A program made the translations under genes and the position numbers. A stretch of DNA of 64,000 nucleotides from Candidatus Aphodosoma sp. (GTDB lineage Bacteria; Bacteroidota; Bacteroidia; Bacteroidales; Paludibacteraceae), in the NCBI GenBank assembly GCA_045600865.1, contig JAZRYS010000168.1:1556-65555 (forward strand), given 5' to 3'. Under the pieces are notes generated by a model. The model searched no databases. It saw only the letters and a program-made list of their open reading frames with translations, and was not told the origin of the DNA. Shown here one piece after another: positions 46,807-56,109 of the stretch (positions are counted from its first letter, which is position 1; every line of letters starts with the position of its first letter).

Positions 46807-47121
46807 CTAGTCCGCCAGATGACATGATGACAGGTAGCGTGATCCTAATATAACATGGGAACTACTACTCTCAAAGTTAATGTCAGCCAAACTTTTGTAC
46901 TGAGCCTTCTTGAATGTGTTGTTGAGCCTTTCGGCTTGGGCATTATCCTTAGGATTACCGCTCTCGCTGGGCACAAATCCATCCACCTGCGGCTTGTAGT
47001 AGGATTGCTTGCTGAATCCTGCAAAGCCGCACAGCAATGACACCCTGCGCTCTTCTCCGCCATCGACTATGCTTCTGACGGCCTGATGCCAGCTTTTGTT
47101 CCCTACACTGTTGATCGTTTT
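46807..47121 (-). pseudogene. Remnant of an IS3-family transposase (OrfB) gene
   Basis: The open frame reads ..NSVGNKSWHQAVRSIVDGGEERRVSLLCGFAGFSKQSYYKPQ, which is the HTH/'YY' region. It is joined directly to ..SESGNPKDNAQAERLNNTFKK, the rve C-terminal DNA.AER motif. The catalytic core is missing and there is no proper start codon. Confidence 0.6.
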
Positions 47122-47189
47122 CTAACTCCATTTGTTAAAAAGTTTGGAGTCAACTTTTTTCAGTATAGGACAGAGTCGTCTTTCTATTT

Positions 47190-49229
47190 TTATCCTACCG
47201 TAGAACCAGGCTTGACTGGCTGGGAAGGTGTACATAGAACAAGTTTGCCATCTGCATCAACAGCTGACAGTATCATGCCTTCTGAGACTATCCCACGGAG
47301 TTTGCGTGGCTCGAAGTTGGCTATGAAGAGCACCTGCGTACCTACGAGTTTCTCTGGCTCTGGGTAACTCTGGGCAATGCCTGAGACTATAGTACGGCCT
47401 CCCATGCCGTCATCCAACTTGAACTGAAGCAGCTTATCTGCCTTTGGCACCTTTGTGCACTCAATGACTGTAGCTACGCGTATGTCTGTCTTCTCCCACT
47501 CCTCGAATGGCACGTTCGCCTTTACATCTGCAGGCTTATAGTTGTCAATCTCGTTTTGCTTCTCCATATCCTTGAGCTTCTGAATCTGAGCCTCTATCAC
47601 GCTATCCTCTATCTTCTCGAAAAGCAATTCAGGCTTGTTGATTGTCTCGCCAGCCTTAAGCAGATTTATGCGACCAAGGTCTGCCCATACAATATTACCC
47701 ATATTGAGCATTTCGCGAAGCTTACGGGCTGAGAATGGAGTGAATGGCTCGAATGCTATTGCAAGGTTTGCCGCTATCTGCAGGGCAACATGCATGATTG
47801 TTGCAGTACGTGCCTCGTCCGTCTTGACAAGCTTCCAAGGCTCCATGTCAGCAAGATATTTATTGCCGATACGTGCAAGGTTCATTGCCTCCTTCAGTGC
47901 GTCACGGAACCTGAATACGTCAAGATAACCCTCCATTGCCTTCTTAACCTCCATGAACTCGTCAAGCGTCTGGCGGTCAACGTCTGCCAACTCCCCTACT
48001 GCCGGAATCACACCATTATAGAACTTATGGGTGAGCACAAGCGCACGGTTTATGAAATTGCCGAATATTGCAACCAGCTCCGAATTGTTGCGCTGCTGGA
48101 AATCGTGCCACGTAAAGTCGTTATCCTTTGTCTCTGGGGCATTCGCAGTGAGCACATAACGGAGGACATCCTGCTTGCCAGGCATATCAACCAAGTATTC
48201 ATGCAACCATACAGCCCAGTTCTTTGAAGTCGAAATCTTGCGGCCTTCGAGGTTGAGGAATTCGTTTGCAGGGACATTGTCCGGCAGATTGTAGCTGCCA
48301 TCGGCCTTGAGCATTGCAGGGAAGACTATGCAATGGAAGACAATATTGTCCTTTCCTATGAAATGGAGCATACGTGTATCCTTGTCTTTCCACCACTTTT
48401 CCCAGTCGTTTGGCAGAAGTTCCTTAGTATTTGATATATAGCCTATTGGGGCATCAAACCACACATAAAGCACCTTGCCGTCGGCACCTTCTACGGGTAC
48501 AGGCACACCCCAATCGAGGTCGCGGCTTACGGCACGTGGCTGAAGTCCCATGTCGAGCCACGACTTGCACTGGCCATATACATTCACCTTCCACTCCTTG
48601 TGACCTTCGAGAATCCACTGCTTGAGCCACTCCTCGTGCTTGTCGAGAGGGAGATACCAGTGTTTTGTTTCTTTCAGTACTGGCTTTGCCCCGGAGAGTG
48701 TCGAGTGTGGATCTATCAAATCAAGTGGGCTCAGAGACGTACCACAAGCCTCGCACTGATCTCCGTATGCGTTAGGGTTCTTGCAATGAGGGCAGGTACC
48801 AGTTATGTAACGGTCGGCAAGAAACTGATGAGCCTCTGGGTCGTAATACTGCTCTGAAGTCTTCTCGATGAACTCTCCTTTTTCGTAGAGTTTGCGGAAG
48901 AATTCTGACGAGGTCTCGTGATGAATCTTGGACGAAGTGCGGGAATAGATGTCGTAAGAGATACCCAATTCCTCGAATGATTTCTTGATAATGCCATGAT
49001 AGCGATCAACGATATCCTGAGGTGTGACACCTTCTTTCTTAGCCTTTATCGTGATAGGCACACCATGTTCGTCAGAACCTCCGACAAACAGAACTTCCTC
49101 ACCTTTAAGACGTAAGTAACGGACATAGATATCTGCAGGAACATAAACACCAGCCAGATGACCAATATGAACAGGACCGTTTGCGTATGGCAACGCAGTG
49201 GTTACAAGGGTACGTTTGAAGTTATTCAT
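47190..49229 (-). CDS. metG: Methionine--tRNA ligase
   Basis: HIGHLAG and KISTSK (KMSKS) motifs, a Zn knuckle CPHC...CEAC, and a C-terminal tRNA-binding domain. Confidence 0.93.
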   Translation of the reverse strand: MNNFKRTLVTTALPYANGPVHIGHLAGVYVPADIYVRYLRLKGEEVLFVGGSDEHGVPITIKAKKEGVTPQDIVDRYHGIIKKSFEELGISYDIYSRTSSKIHHETSSEFFRKLYEKGEFIEKTSEQYYDPEAHQFLADRYITGTCPHCKNPNAYGDQCEACGTSLSPLDLIDPHSTLSGAKPVLKETKHWYLPLDKHEEWLKQWILEGHKEWKVNVYGQCKSWLDMGLQPRAVSRDLDWGVPVPVEGADGKVLYVWFDAPIGYISNTKELLPNDWEKWWKDKDTRMLHFIGKDNIVFHCIVFPAMLKADGSYNLPDNVPANEFLNLEGRKISTSKNWAVWLHEYLVDMPGKQDVLRYVLTANAPETKDNDFTWHDFQQRNNSELVAIFGNFINRALVLTHKFYNGVIPAVGELADVDRQTLDEFMEVKKAMEGYLDVFRFRDALKEAMNLARIGNKYLADMEPWKLVKTDEARTATIMHVALQIAANLAIAFEPFTPFSARKLREMLNMGNIVWADLGRINLLKAGETINKPELLFEKIEDSVIEAQIQKLKDMEKQNEIDNYKPADVKANVPFEEWEKTDIRVATVIECTKVPKADKLLQFKLDDGMGGRTIVSGIAQSYPEPEKLVGTQVLFIANFEPRKLRGIVSEGMILSAVDADGKLVLCTPSQPVKPGSTVG

Positions 49230-49248
49230 AAAATTATTTTCAATTTGG

Positions 49249-49283
49249 GCGCAAAGTTACAAAAAAAATCATTACCTTTGCAC
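49249..49283. promoter_or_regulatory. Back-to-back divergent -7 boxes (minus TAACTTTG at 49252-49259, plus TACCTTTG at 49273-49280)
   Basis: GCGCAAAGTTACAAAAAAAATCATTACCTTTGCAC. It serves metG (minus) and the lipoprotein gene at 49303 (plus). Confidence 0.6.
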
Positions 49284-49302
49284 GATTTTTAGAACAAACT
49301 AT

Positions 49303-49899
49303 ATGAAAAAAATTTTCATGCTTTTCATCACCATGATGATGATGGCTTCTTGCACTACTATGAGCACTAAACAGCTGCTCAAAATTTTGAAAAACTCTAT
49401 AAACAATGATATAGACGACATAGGTCAAACACTTATAAACCACGGATTTACAGAATCATCACGAAGGTTTGCCGAGAAAGTGATTTTCGAGCATGGAGAT
49501 ACGATGGTGTATGTCGTAGTGTCGATGGCAGACCAACGGAAAGTGGGTGGAGCATACGTCTGCATCAACTGCGCCAATGCAGAAAGAGCTCTGGAACAAT
49601 ACCATGAATTTCGTGATTTATGTCGTGAGGACGACAAATTCTATGGTGCAAAGATTATAAAAGTGTTTGCCAAGACACCTGAAGAGGCACTTTACTCGTC
49701 AACTGACCCTGCCACTATAGACACATTGAATGCAAAAACAATAGAGGAACGTGAGATTTCAACCATAAATGAGCGTTGGGAGGATGGCATCAACCCAGAC
49801 AACCGTACAGTTGTGGCAATGTTCAAGAACCAGTTTGACGGCTATAGCGTGACCGCCGTCTTCAGGACATCGCTTGCCCACCCTAAGGGATTTGAATAA
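49303..49899 (+). CDS. Small lipoprotein, function unknown
   Basis: The start is moved to the ATG at 49303, giving MKKIFMLFITMMMMASC (lipobox), downstream of the promoter box. Its stop abuts the recG stop. Confidence 0.6.
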   Translation: MKKIFMLFITMMMMASCTTMSTKQLLKILKNSINNDIDDIGQTLINHGFTESSRRFAEKVIFEHGDTMVYVVVSMADQRKVGGAYVCINCANAERALEQYHEFRDLCREDDKFYGAKIIKVFAKTPEEALYSSTDPATIDTLNAKTIEEREISTINERWEDGINPDNRTVVAMFKNQFDGYSVTAVFRTSLAHPKGFE

Positions 49900-51990
49900 T
49901 CAGGAGATGCTCCCCCAGTTGTGTTCGCGGTTCTCCAGTTGCTGCAAGTGATTGCGCAAACCTGAATATTCATCGTTGTCAATAATACCGGCAGCGATGA
50001 TTTTTTTTGCCTCGTCTCGTGCAAGGTTAAGCACCAGACCATCCGTTGCAAGACTGGCTATCTTGAGGTCGAAAGGCAGGCCGCTTTGCTGAAGACCCTC
50101 CATGTCGCCTGGCCCACGAAGGCGCATATCCTCCTCTGCAATTACAAAACCATCATTTGTAGAGCACATTATAGAGAGACGCTGGCGAGTCTCTTTTGCC
50201 AGCTCATATTTTGACATCAATATGCAATAACTTTGGTCGGCACCTCTTCCTACCCTACCCCTCAACTGATGTAACTGGCTGAGACCAAAACGCTCTGCAT
50301 TCTCTATCACCATCACAGAAGCGTTCGGCACATTCACACCAACCTCTATTACTGTCGTTGCCACCATTATCCGCGCCTTGCCTAAAACAAAACGCTCCAT
50401 CATCTCGTCTTTACGCTGGACTTTCATCTGCCCGTGAACCATCACGACCTCGCACTCGGGAAAAGCCTCCATCATCTGGTTATAGCCCTCCTCTGCATTC
50501 CTGAGGTCCATCTTTTCGCTCTCCTTGACCAACGGATAAACTACATATATCTGACGACCTTCAGCTATCTGTTTATGTATAAAGGCATAAAGACTCTGAC
50601 GGGCATTATCGTAATAATGATATGTAGCCACAGGCTTTCGGCCAGGGGGGAGTTCGTCTATCACCGACACTTCAAGGTCGCCATAGACTGTCATTGCAAG
50701 CGTACGCGGGATAGGCGTTGCCGTCATAACAAGCACGTGAGGAGGTAACTTACTCTTTGTCCACAGTTTTGCTCTCTGTGCCACCCCAAAACGATGCTGC
50801 TCGTCTATGACGCAATAACCAAGATTCTTGAATACCACAGTGTCTTCTATCAGCGCATGAGTGCCTATGACTATCTGGACATTGCCATACGAAAGCCCAT
50901 CCAATATCTCTTGACGCCTCTTGCCTTTCACAGAACCTGTGAGCAACCGAACTTCCACCCCAAGTGAAAACAGTTGAGACGATATACTTTCGTAATGCTG
51001 GTTGGCAAGAATCTCGGTTGGTGCCATGATGCAGACCTGAAACCCATTGTCGAGGGCTATCAAGGCTGTGAGCATTGCGACCATTGTCTTGCCACTACCC
51101 ACGTCGCCCTGAAGAAGACGGTTCATCTGACGGCCTGTGTTCATGTCGTTGCGTATCTCCTTGATGACACGTTTCTGTGCTCCAGTGAGAGGGAAAGGCA
51201 TGAAATCGCTGTAGAAACGGTTGAAGTAATCACCCACTTTCTTGAATTCATACCCTTTATAACGCTGCATGCGCAGTTGTGCAGACCTCAGCAACATCAA
51301 CTGTATATAGAATAATTCCTCGAATTTCAGGCGAAACTGAGCCCTTTTCAATAATTCGTTTGACGTGGGACGATGTATCTGCCTTATGGCATCATCTTTA
51401 CCCATTAATCCTAACCTTGAGACAATCTCAGAAGGAATGTATTCGTTGAAATGTATGGTCTGGTCCTGCAGCACATTATAGACAATCTTGCGTATGGCCT
51501 CGCTGTTCAGAAACATACGCTTCATCGTCTCTGTGGTGTTGTAGAAAGCCTGAAGGCCGCTGTTGCGCTTTATGTTTTCAGGAGTATAAGCATCAATGTC
51601 AGGATGGACAATGTTGAAAGTATCCCTGAAAAAAGTAGGTTTTCCAAATACTATATATTCAACATTTATCCGCAGACTGTCTTTTATGTATTTCAATCCC
51701 TGAAACCATACAAGGTCGATAATACCAGAACCATCGGTGAACTTTGCTATGAGACGTTGCTTGGGACCAGTACCCTGCACGTCAAAACTCCGGATTACTC
51801 CTCGAAACTGGACATACGAGGCATCATCGACACATTCTGCAATCCTGTAGAATTTCGAACGGTCAATGTATTTGTACGGGTAGTAGGTCAGCAAATCACC
51901 GACTGTCCTTATTTCGAGTTGCTTTTCGAGCATCTCGGCACGTTTTGGACCTACACCTGTTACATATTTGAGAATACTATCCAGTTCCAT
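49900..51990 (-). CDS. recG: ATP-dependent DNA helicase RecG
   Basis: An OB wedge N-terminal domain, then GDVGSGKT, DEQHRFG and QLHQLRGRVGRG helicase motifs. Confidence 0.92.
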   Translation of the reverse strand: MELDSILKYVTGVGPKRAEMLEKQLEIRTVGDLLTYYPYKYIDRSKFYRIAECVDDASYVQFRGVIRSFDVQGTGPKQRLIAKFTDGSGIIDLVWFQGLKYIKDSLRINVEYIVFGKPTFFRDTFNIVHPDIDAYTPENIKRNSGLQAFYNTTETMKRMFLNSEAIRKIVYNVLQDQTIHFNEYIPSEIVSRLGLMGKDDAIRQIHRPTSNELLKRAQFRLKFEELFYIQLMLLRSAQLRMQRYKGYEFKKVGDYFNRFYSDFMPFPLTGAQKRVIKEIRNDMNTGRQMNRLLQGDVGSGKTMVAMLTALIALDNGFQVCIMAPTEILANQHYESISSQLFSLGVEVRLLTGSVKGKRRQEILDGLSYGNVQIVIGTHALIEDTVVFKNLGYCVIDEQHRFGVAQRAKLWTKSKLPPHVLVMTATPIPRTLAMTVYGDLEVSVIDELPPGRKPVATYHYYDNARQSLYAFIHKQIAEGRQIYVVYPLVKESEKMDLRNAEEGYNQMMEAFPECEVVMVHGQMKVQRKDEMMERFVLGKARIMVATTVIEVGVNVPNASVMVIENAERFGLSQLHQLRGRVGRGADQSYCILMSKYELAKETRQRLSIMCSTNDGFVIAEEDMRLRGPGDMEGLQQSGLPFDLKIASLATDGLVLNLARDEAKKIIAAGIIDNDEYSGLRNHLQQLENREHNWGSIS

Positions 51991-52030
51991 AAATCAAAAA
52001 TAGGTCAAGAAGGAAAACCCTCTTGACCTA
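51991..52030 (-). terminator. Putative intrinsic terminator after the TPR lipoprotein gene
   Basis: taggtcaaga (52001-52010) and tcttgaccta (52021-52030) form a perfect 10-bp stem. It is followed on the minus strand by TTTTTGATTT. It lies immediately upstream of the recG start. Confidence 0.6.
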
Positions 52031-52050
52031 TTTCTTATAATAGTTGATGA

Positions 52051-53724
52051 TTAACGTACATTGTTGAATTCAACGTCATTTGCACCACGAGTAGCATACT
52101 TTGAGTCAAGTCTTGAAGCCTGTGCCAGGTTAGACTCATACTCAGCCTTGTTGTTTGTACGTGCAGCAAGAACAGCACGAAGGTAATAAGTTGTAGCGTT
52201 AGGGTTCTGGTTGTTATCCAAAGCACGACGTGCAGCAGCATTGTCATTATTGAGGATATGAGCAAGAGCAGCATTGTTGGTAGCATCGTTGCCGAACAAC
52301 TGAGCAGCCTTCTTGTAGTTACCCTTAAGGATAGCGATGACACCCTGAGCTTGGTTCAAAGATTTACCTACACCAGCAGCTTTGCCGAAATATTCCTCAG
52401 CTTTGTCAACATTATTGTTTGTCAACATTATAAGACCCATATTGTAATTGATGGCAGCATTATTTGCATCCATTGAAATAGCTTTTTCGAAGCAACGCTG
52501 AGCCTCAGCATATTTGCCCTGTTCATAGTAAGCATAACCGAGATTATTGAAAGCACGAACGCTGTTAGGGAACTGCTCTGTAGCCTTAGCGTAGATAGCC
52601 TGCTTCTCTGCCTTGTCGTTAGTCAATGTTGCAGCATAGAGGATTTCCTCCTCGTTGAGTTTTGTTGCATCCTCTTTTGCAAGACGTGCAATTTCTTCGT
52701 CAGACTTACCTATTACATTGACAACAAGGGCCATCTTTGAACGGCGAAGTTCAGGAAGAATTTCGTCAGCTAACACTTTGTATGCTGCTGAAAGTTTCTT
52801 GATTTCAGCCTCACGCTCTTCTGGATCTGTGTACATTGACAAGACGCGAAGGATGACAGCCTTATCTTCAATGTTAGAAGCGTTTACTAAAGCCTGGAAA
52901 CCTTCCCAGTCCTCAGCTGTAACGTTAGACTCTATTGATACTTGAGCCTTAATCTTGCGGAGCTGAGTATTAATGTAGTTCTCAGAACTCTTTCCACGGT
53001 TGCCTGCAAGTTTCTCGTTAAGATCCAAACCTCCGTCAGGAGAAGCGTATGAACTTACTTCGATACCCTTAATCTGACGAACTGTGTCATTTTTGAGATT
53101 CTTGATAGTGTTTGTCAATGCTTTTACCTCTTCCTGATTCAATTCTGAAGAACGAATCTGTGACTGATTGATGAGGTATTTAATCTGAGCATTTGTACGC
53201 TCCTCAATAATACGCTGGAAATTGTCTGAAATTACGAGTGCATTTAAATCTCCAGTACCAGGAGTCAACGAAACAAGAGTAGGAGTAATGTTTATGCCCT
53301 TGCCAATTACGACTGGTTCAAGTTCGTATGTTTTTTTCTTAGTCTGAACTGTTGCCTCAAGGGTGATTGTTGCAGTCTCCATACCCTCTTCAAACTCAAA
53401 AATGGCAGATTGAGTGTATTTGCCACCTACTTTATACTGTATGACATCATTGTTGTCTTTTATCTTCTGACCCTGATAAGTCTTAGGAGTTCCTTTATAA
53501 ACACGACCATCAGATGTTGTCAATACTGGAGTGACAGTCATTGTCATCTTCTTAGTAAAATACTTTTCAGGGAAGTTTCCTTCAAATGTAACTTCCACTT
53601 TTCCAGCTTTATAAACTGCTGGATCTGGGTTCATCTTTACTTTATCGATGAACTCTTTTGGAGGCTTACATGCAGTAAGAACCAAAGCTAAAACCGCTAA
53701 AGCGAATAAGATTTTCTTTTTCAT
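52051..53724 (-). CDS. Tetratricopeptide-repeat lipoprotein
   Basis: Lipobox LTAC. C-terminal TPR units (AFNNLGYAYYEQGKYAEAQRCFEKAI...). The middle region has SYASPDGGLDLNEKLAGNRG, which is OmpA-C-like. Confidence 0.7.
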   Translation of the reverse strand: MKKKILFALAVLALVLTACKPPKEFIDKVKMNPDPAVYKAGKVEVTFEGNFPEKYFTKKMTMTVTPVLTTSDGRVYKGTPKTYQGQKIKDNNDVIQYKVGGKYTQSAIFEFEEGMETATITLEATVQTKKKTYELEPVVIGKGINITPTLVSLTPGTGDLNALVISDNFQRIIEERTNAQIKYLINQSQIRSSELNQEEVKALTNTIKNLKNDTVRQIKGIEVSSYASPDGGLDLNEKLAGNRGKSSENYINTQLRKIKAQVSIESNVTAEDWEGFQALVNASNIEDKAVILRVLSMYTDPEEREAEIKKLSAAYKVLADEILPELRRSKMALVVNVIGKSDEEIARLAKEDATKLNEEEILYAATLTNDKAEKQAIYAKATEQFPNSVRAFNNLGYAYYEQGKYAEAQRCFEKAISMDANNAAINYNMGLIMLTNNNVDKAEEYFGKAAGVGKSLNQAQGVIAILKGNYKKAAQLFGNDATNNAALAHILNNDNAAARRALDNNQNPNATTYYLRAVLAARTNNKAEYESNLAQASRLDSKYATRGANDVEFNNVR

Positions 53725-53779
53725 AATAGTTATTTATTTTGTAATTTTTATTAAAGAGAAAATGGTCAATAATTTTTTG

Positions 53780-53787
53780 CAAAATTA
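53780..53787 (-). promoter_or_regulatory. -7 box TAATTTTG (minus strand) for the TPR lipoprotein gene
   Basis: Plus-strand CAAAATTA, 56 nt upstream of the start at 53724. Confidence 0.4.
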
Positions 53788-53812
53788 CAACAAATAATCG
53801 AATTATAATTGC

Positions 53813-53820
53813 TAAATTTG
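53813..53820 (+). promoter_or_regulatory. -7 box TAAATTTG (plus strand), 327 nt upstream of mnmG
   Basis: Matches TAnnTTTG. It is the only full match I see on the plus strand between 53725 and 54147. Confidence 0.35.
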
Positions 53821-54147
53821 CAAAAATATTCAGATAAACGATATTTTTTTATTAAATACTTGATTATAAATTATTTATATAGATATTGTTTATTAGTTAA
53901 GTACTTTTCATTATTCAACATATATTACTTATAATCTAAATTTGAATCATCTATATTTATTATATATGTTGTTAGTAATGTTGAAAAGTATGTTTGGCTT
54001 TTGATTTATATCTTATTAGGTTGTTCAATTTTATGTTTAAATTACTGTGTATTTAAAGGACATGTTGTTTATAAGTGTTGTTTTAAACCTTGTTTATTAC
54101 CTTTTCAACATATTTTGAACACATGTTAGTCACCATTGTTAATAAAT

Positions 54148-56022
54148 ATGAGGTACGATGTTATAGTAATAGGTGCAGGACATGCCGGTTGTGAGGCTGC
54201 TTCAGCTGCTGCTAATTTAGGTTCAAAGACATTGTTGATAACAATGGATATGAATAAAATTGGGCAAATGAGTTGCAATCCTGCTGTTGGAGGCATTGCA
54301 AAAGGCCAAATAGTGCGTGAAATTGATGCTTTGGGAGGCCAAATGGGTATAGTGACTGATATGTCTTCCATACAGTTTCGTATGTTGAATATGTCAAAAG
54401 GACCTGCTATGTGGAGTCCACGTGCACAATGTGACCGTACTAAATACATTGACAATTGGAGAAGAATTTTGGATGGTATTCCGAATCTTGATATATGGCA
54501 GGATTGTGTTACAAAACTTACCATTATAGATAGTGTGGTTGCAGGAGTAGAGTGTGCTATGGGAGTCAAGTTTGAATCTACAACTGTTATTCTTACTGCT
54601 GGAACCTTTCTTAATGGATTGATGCATGTGGGTTCTCATAAATTCGAAGGAGGAAGAATATCTGAACCTTCTTCGTATGGTTTGACGGAACAGCTTATAA
54701 ATATCGGTTTCAAGTCTGACCGTATGAAGACGGGTACGCCTATGCGAGTAGATGGAAGCACTATTGATTTCAGTAAAATGCAGCGTCAAGATGGTGATTA
54801 TGAGAATGTTAGATGCTTTTCTTTTCTTCCTGGAAACCGTAATTCGTTGATACAGAGACCTTGTTGGATCACTTATACAAACAATGCTACTCATGAGATA
54901 TTGAAATCTGGCCTAAAGGATTCACCTTTATATAATGGTCAGATAAGGAGTATTGGTCCTCGTTACTGTCCTTCAATCGAAACAAAAATAGTTACATTTG
55001 CTGACAAGGATCAACATCAGTTGTTTATTGAGCCTGAGGGAGAAACTTCTGAAGAATACTATATCAATGGTTTTTCTTCGTCTTTACCTATAGATATTCA
55101 GTTTGCAGCCATTCATACAGTAGCTGGGTTGGAAAATGTAAAGGCTTATAGACCTGGTTACGCTATAGAATATGATTATTTTGACCCGATGCAGTTGCAT
55201 CATACTCTTGAGACAAAGATTGTAAAGAATCTATATTTTGCAGGTCAGGTGAATGGTACTACTGGTTATGAAGAAGCAGCTGGCCAAGGTTTGGTTGCTG
55301 CCATCAATGCTCACCAAAGATGTGTAGGAGGTGATGATTTTATTCTTTCTCGTTCTGAATCATATATTGGAGTGCTGATTGATGATTTGGTGAACAAAGG
55401 AGTGGATGAGCCTTATCGTATGTTTACATCACGTGCTGAATATAGGATTCTTTTAAGGCAAGATGATGCTGATATGCGACTTACTGAAAAATCTTATAGA
55501 CTTGGTCTTGCCACTGAGGAGCGTTATAATATAATGTGTTGCAAAAGGGGTGCCATTGAAAGAATAATTGATTTTTGTCGGAATTATTTGCTGAAGCCAG
55601 ATTTGCTTAATGGCTATCTTTCTTCTGTTGGTTCTTCGCTTGTTGACCATACTGTGCATTTATATGATATGGTTTTACGTCCGCAGGTTTCGATGTCTGC
55701 TCTACTCCACTCTTGCAATCTTATCGAAAGATGTAGAGAATTGACTGAAGGTTCTTGTTTTGATGAAGTCATAGAGGCAGCCGAAATACAGATTAAATAT
55801 GCAGGATATATTGCAAGGGAAAAACAATTGGCGGATAAATTGTCAAGACTTGATTACATCAAGATTCCTTCATCTTTTAATTATGAGGAACAGCAGTCTC
55901 TTTCAACTGAAGCAAGGCAGAAGTTGACACGTATTAGACCTGCAACGATAGGCGATGCTTCTCGTATCCCTGGAGTATCTCCTAATGATGTTTCAGTGTT
56001 GTTATTATTATTAGGGAGATGA
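54148..56022 (+). CDS. mnmG: tRNA uridine-5-carboxymethylaminomethyl(34) synthesis enzyme MnmG (GidA)
   Basis: MRYDVIVIGAGHAGCEAA FAD motif. About 624 aa. The start is moved from TTG 54136 to ATG 54148. Confidence 0.92.
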   Translation: MRYDVIVIGAGHAGCEAASAAANLGSKTLLITMDMNKIGQMSCNPAVGGIAKGQIVREIDALGGQMGIVTDMSSIQFRMLNMSKGPAMWSPRAQCDRTKYIDNWRRILDGIPNLDIWQDCVTKLTIIDSVVAGVECAMGVKFESTTVILTAGTFLNGLMHVGSHKFEGGRISEPSSYGLTEQLINIGFKSDRMKTGTPMRVDGSTIDFSKMQRQDGDYENVRCFSFLPGNRNSLIQRPCWITYTNNATHEILKSGLKDSPLYNGQIRSIGPRYCPSIETKIVTFADKDQHQLFIEPEGETSEEYYINGFSSSLPIDIQFAAIHTVAGLENVKAYRPGYAIEYDYFDPMQLHHTLETKIVKNLYFAGQVNGTTGYEEAAGQGLVAAINAHQRCVGGDDFILSRSESYIGVLIDDLVNKGVDEPYRMFTSRAEYRILLRQDDADMRLTEKSYRLGLATEERYNIMCCKRGAIERIIDFCRNYLLKPDLLNGYLSSVGSSLVDHTVHLYDMVLRPQVSMSALLHSCNLIERCRELTEGSCFDEVIEAAEIQIKYAGYIAREKQLADKLSRLDYIKIPSSFNYEEQQSLSTEARQKLTRIRPATIGDASRIPGVSPNDVSVLLLLLGR

Positions 56023-56033
56023 TATGGGATATA

Positions 56034-56049
56034 TGTTCCACGTGGAACA
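56034..56049. promoter_or_regulatory. parS-type ParB binding site TGTTCCACGTGGAACA (centre of a perfect 22-bp palindrome, 56031-56052)
   Basis: 14/16 match to tGTTtCACGTGaAACa, and the two differences are symmetric. It lies 12 nt after the mnmG stop. Confidence 0.65.
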
Positions 56050-56079
56050 TATGGTGTTCGATTTTTTTTTTTGATTTTT

Positions 56080-56095
56080 TGTTCCACGTGGAACA
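56080..56095. promoter_or_regulatory. Second parS-type site TGTTCCACGTGGAACA (centre of a perfect 22-bp palindrome, 56077-56098)
   Basis: The 16-mer is identical to the first site and lies 46 bp downstream of it. It is separated from it by a T11 run (56062-56072). It lies 15 nt before the uvrC ATG. Confidence 0.65.
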
Positions 56096-56109
56096 AAACG
56101 ATAAATGCT

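Noticed and set aside
56031-56098. Alternative readings of the twin palindromes: a LexA/SOS (Cheo-type GAAC-N4-GTTC) operator for uvrC, or plain intrinsic terminators of mnmG.
   Set aside because: The half-site order is GTTC..GAAC, the inverse of the Cheo box. The only GAAC..GTTC combination present (56045-56059) has N7 spacing. As hairpins the palindromes would have 9-bp stems, but the first is 9 nt away from the T-run. The near-exact fit to parS, together with parAB in the window, is the more economical explanation. A secondary terminator or attenuator role is not excluded.
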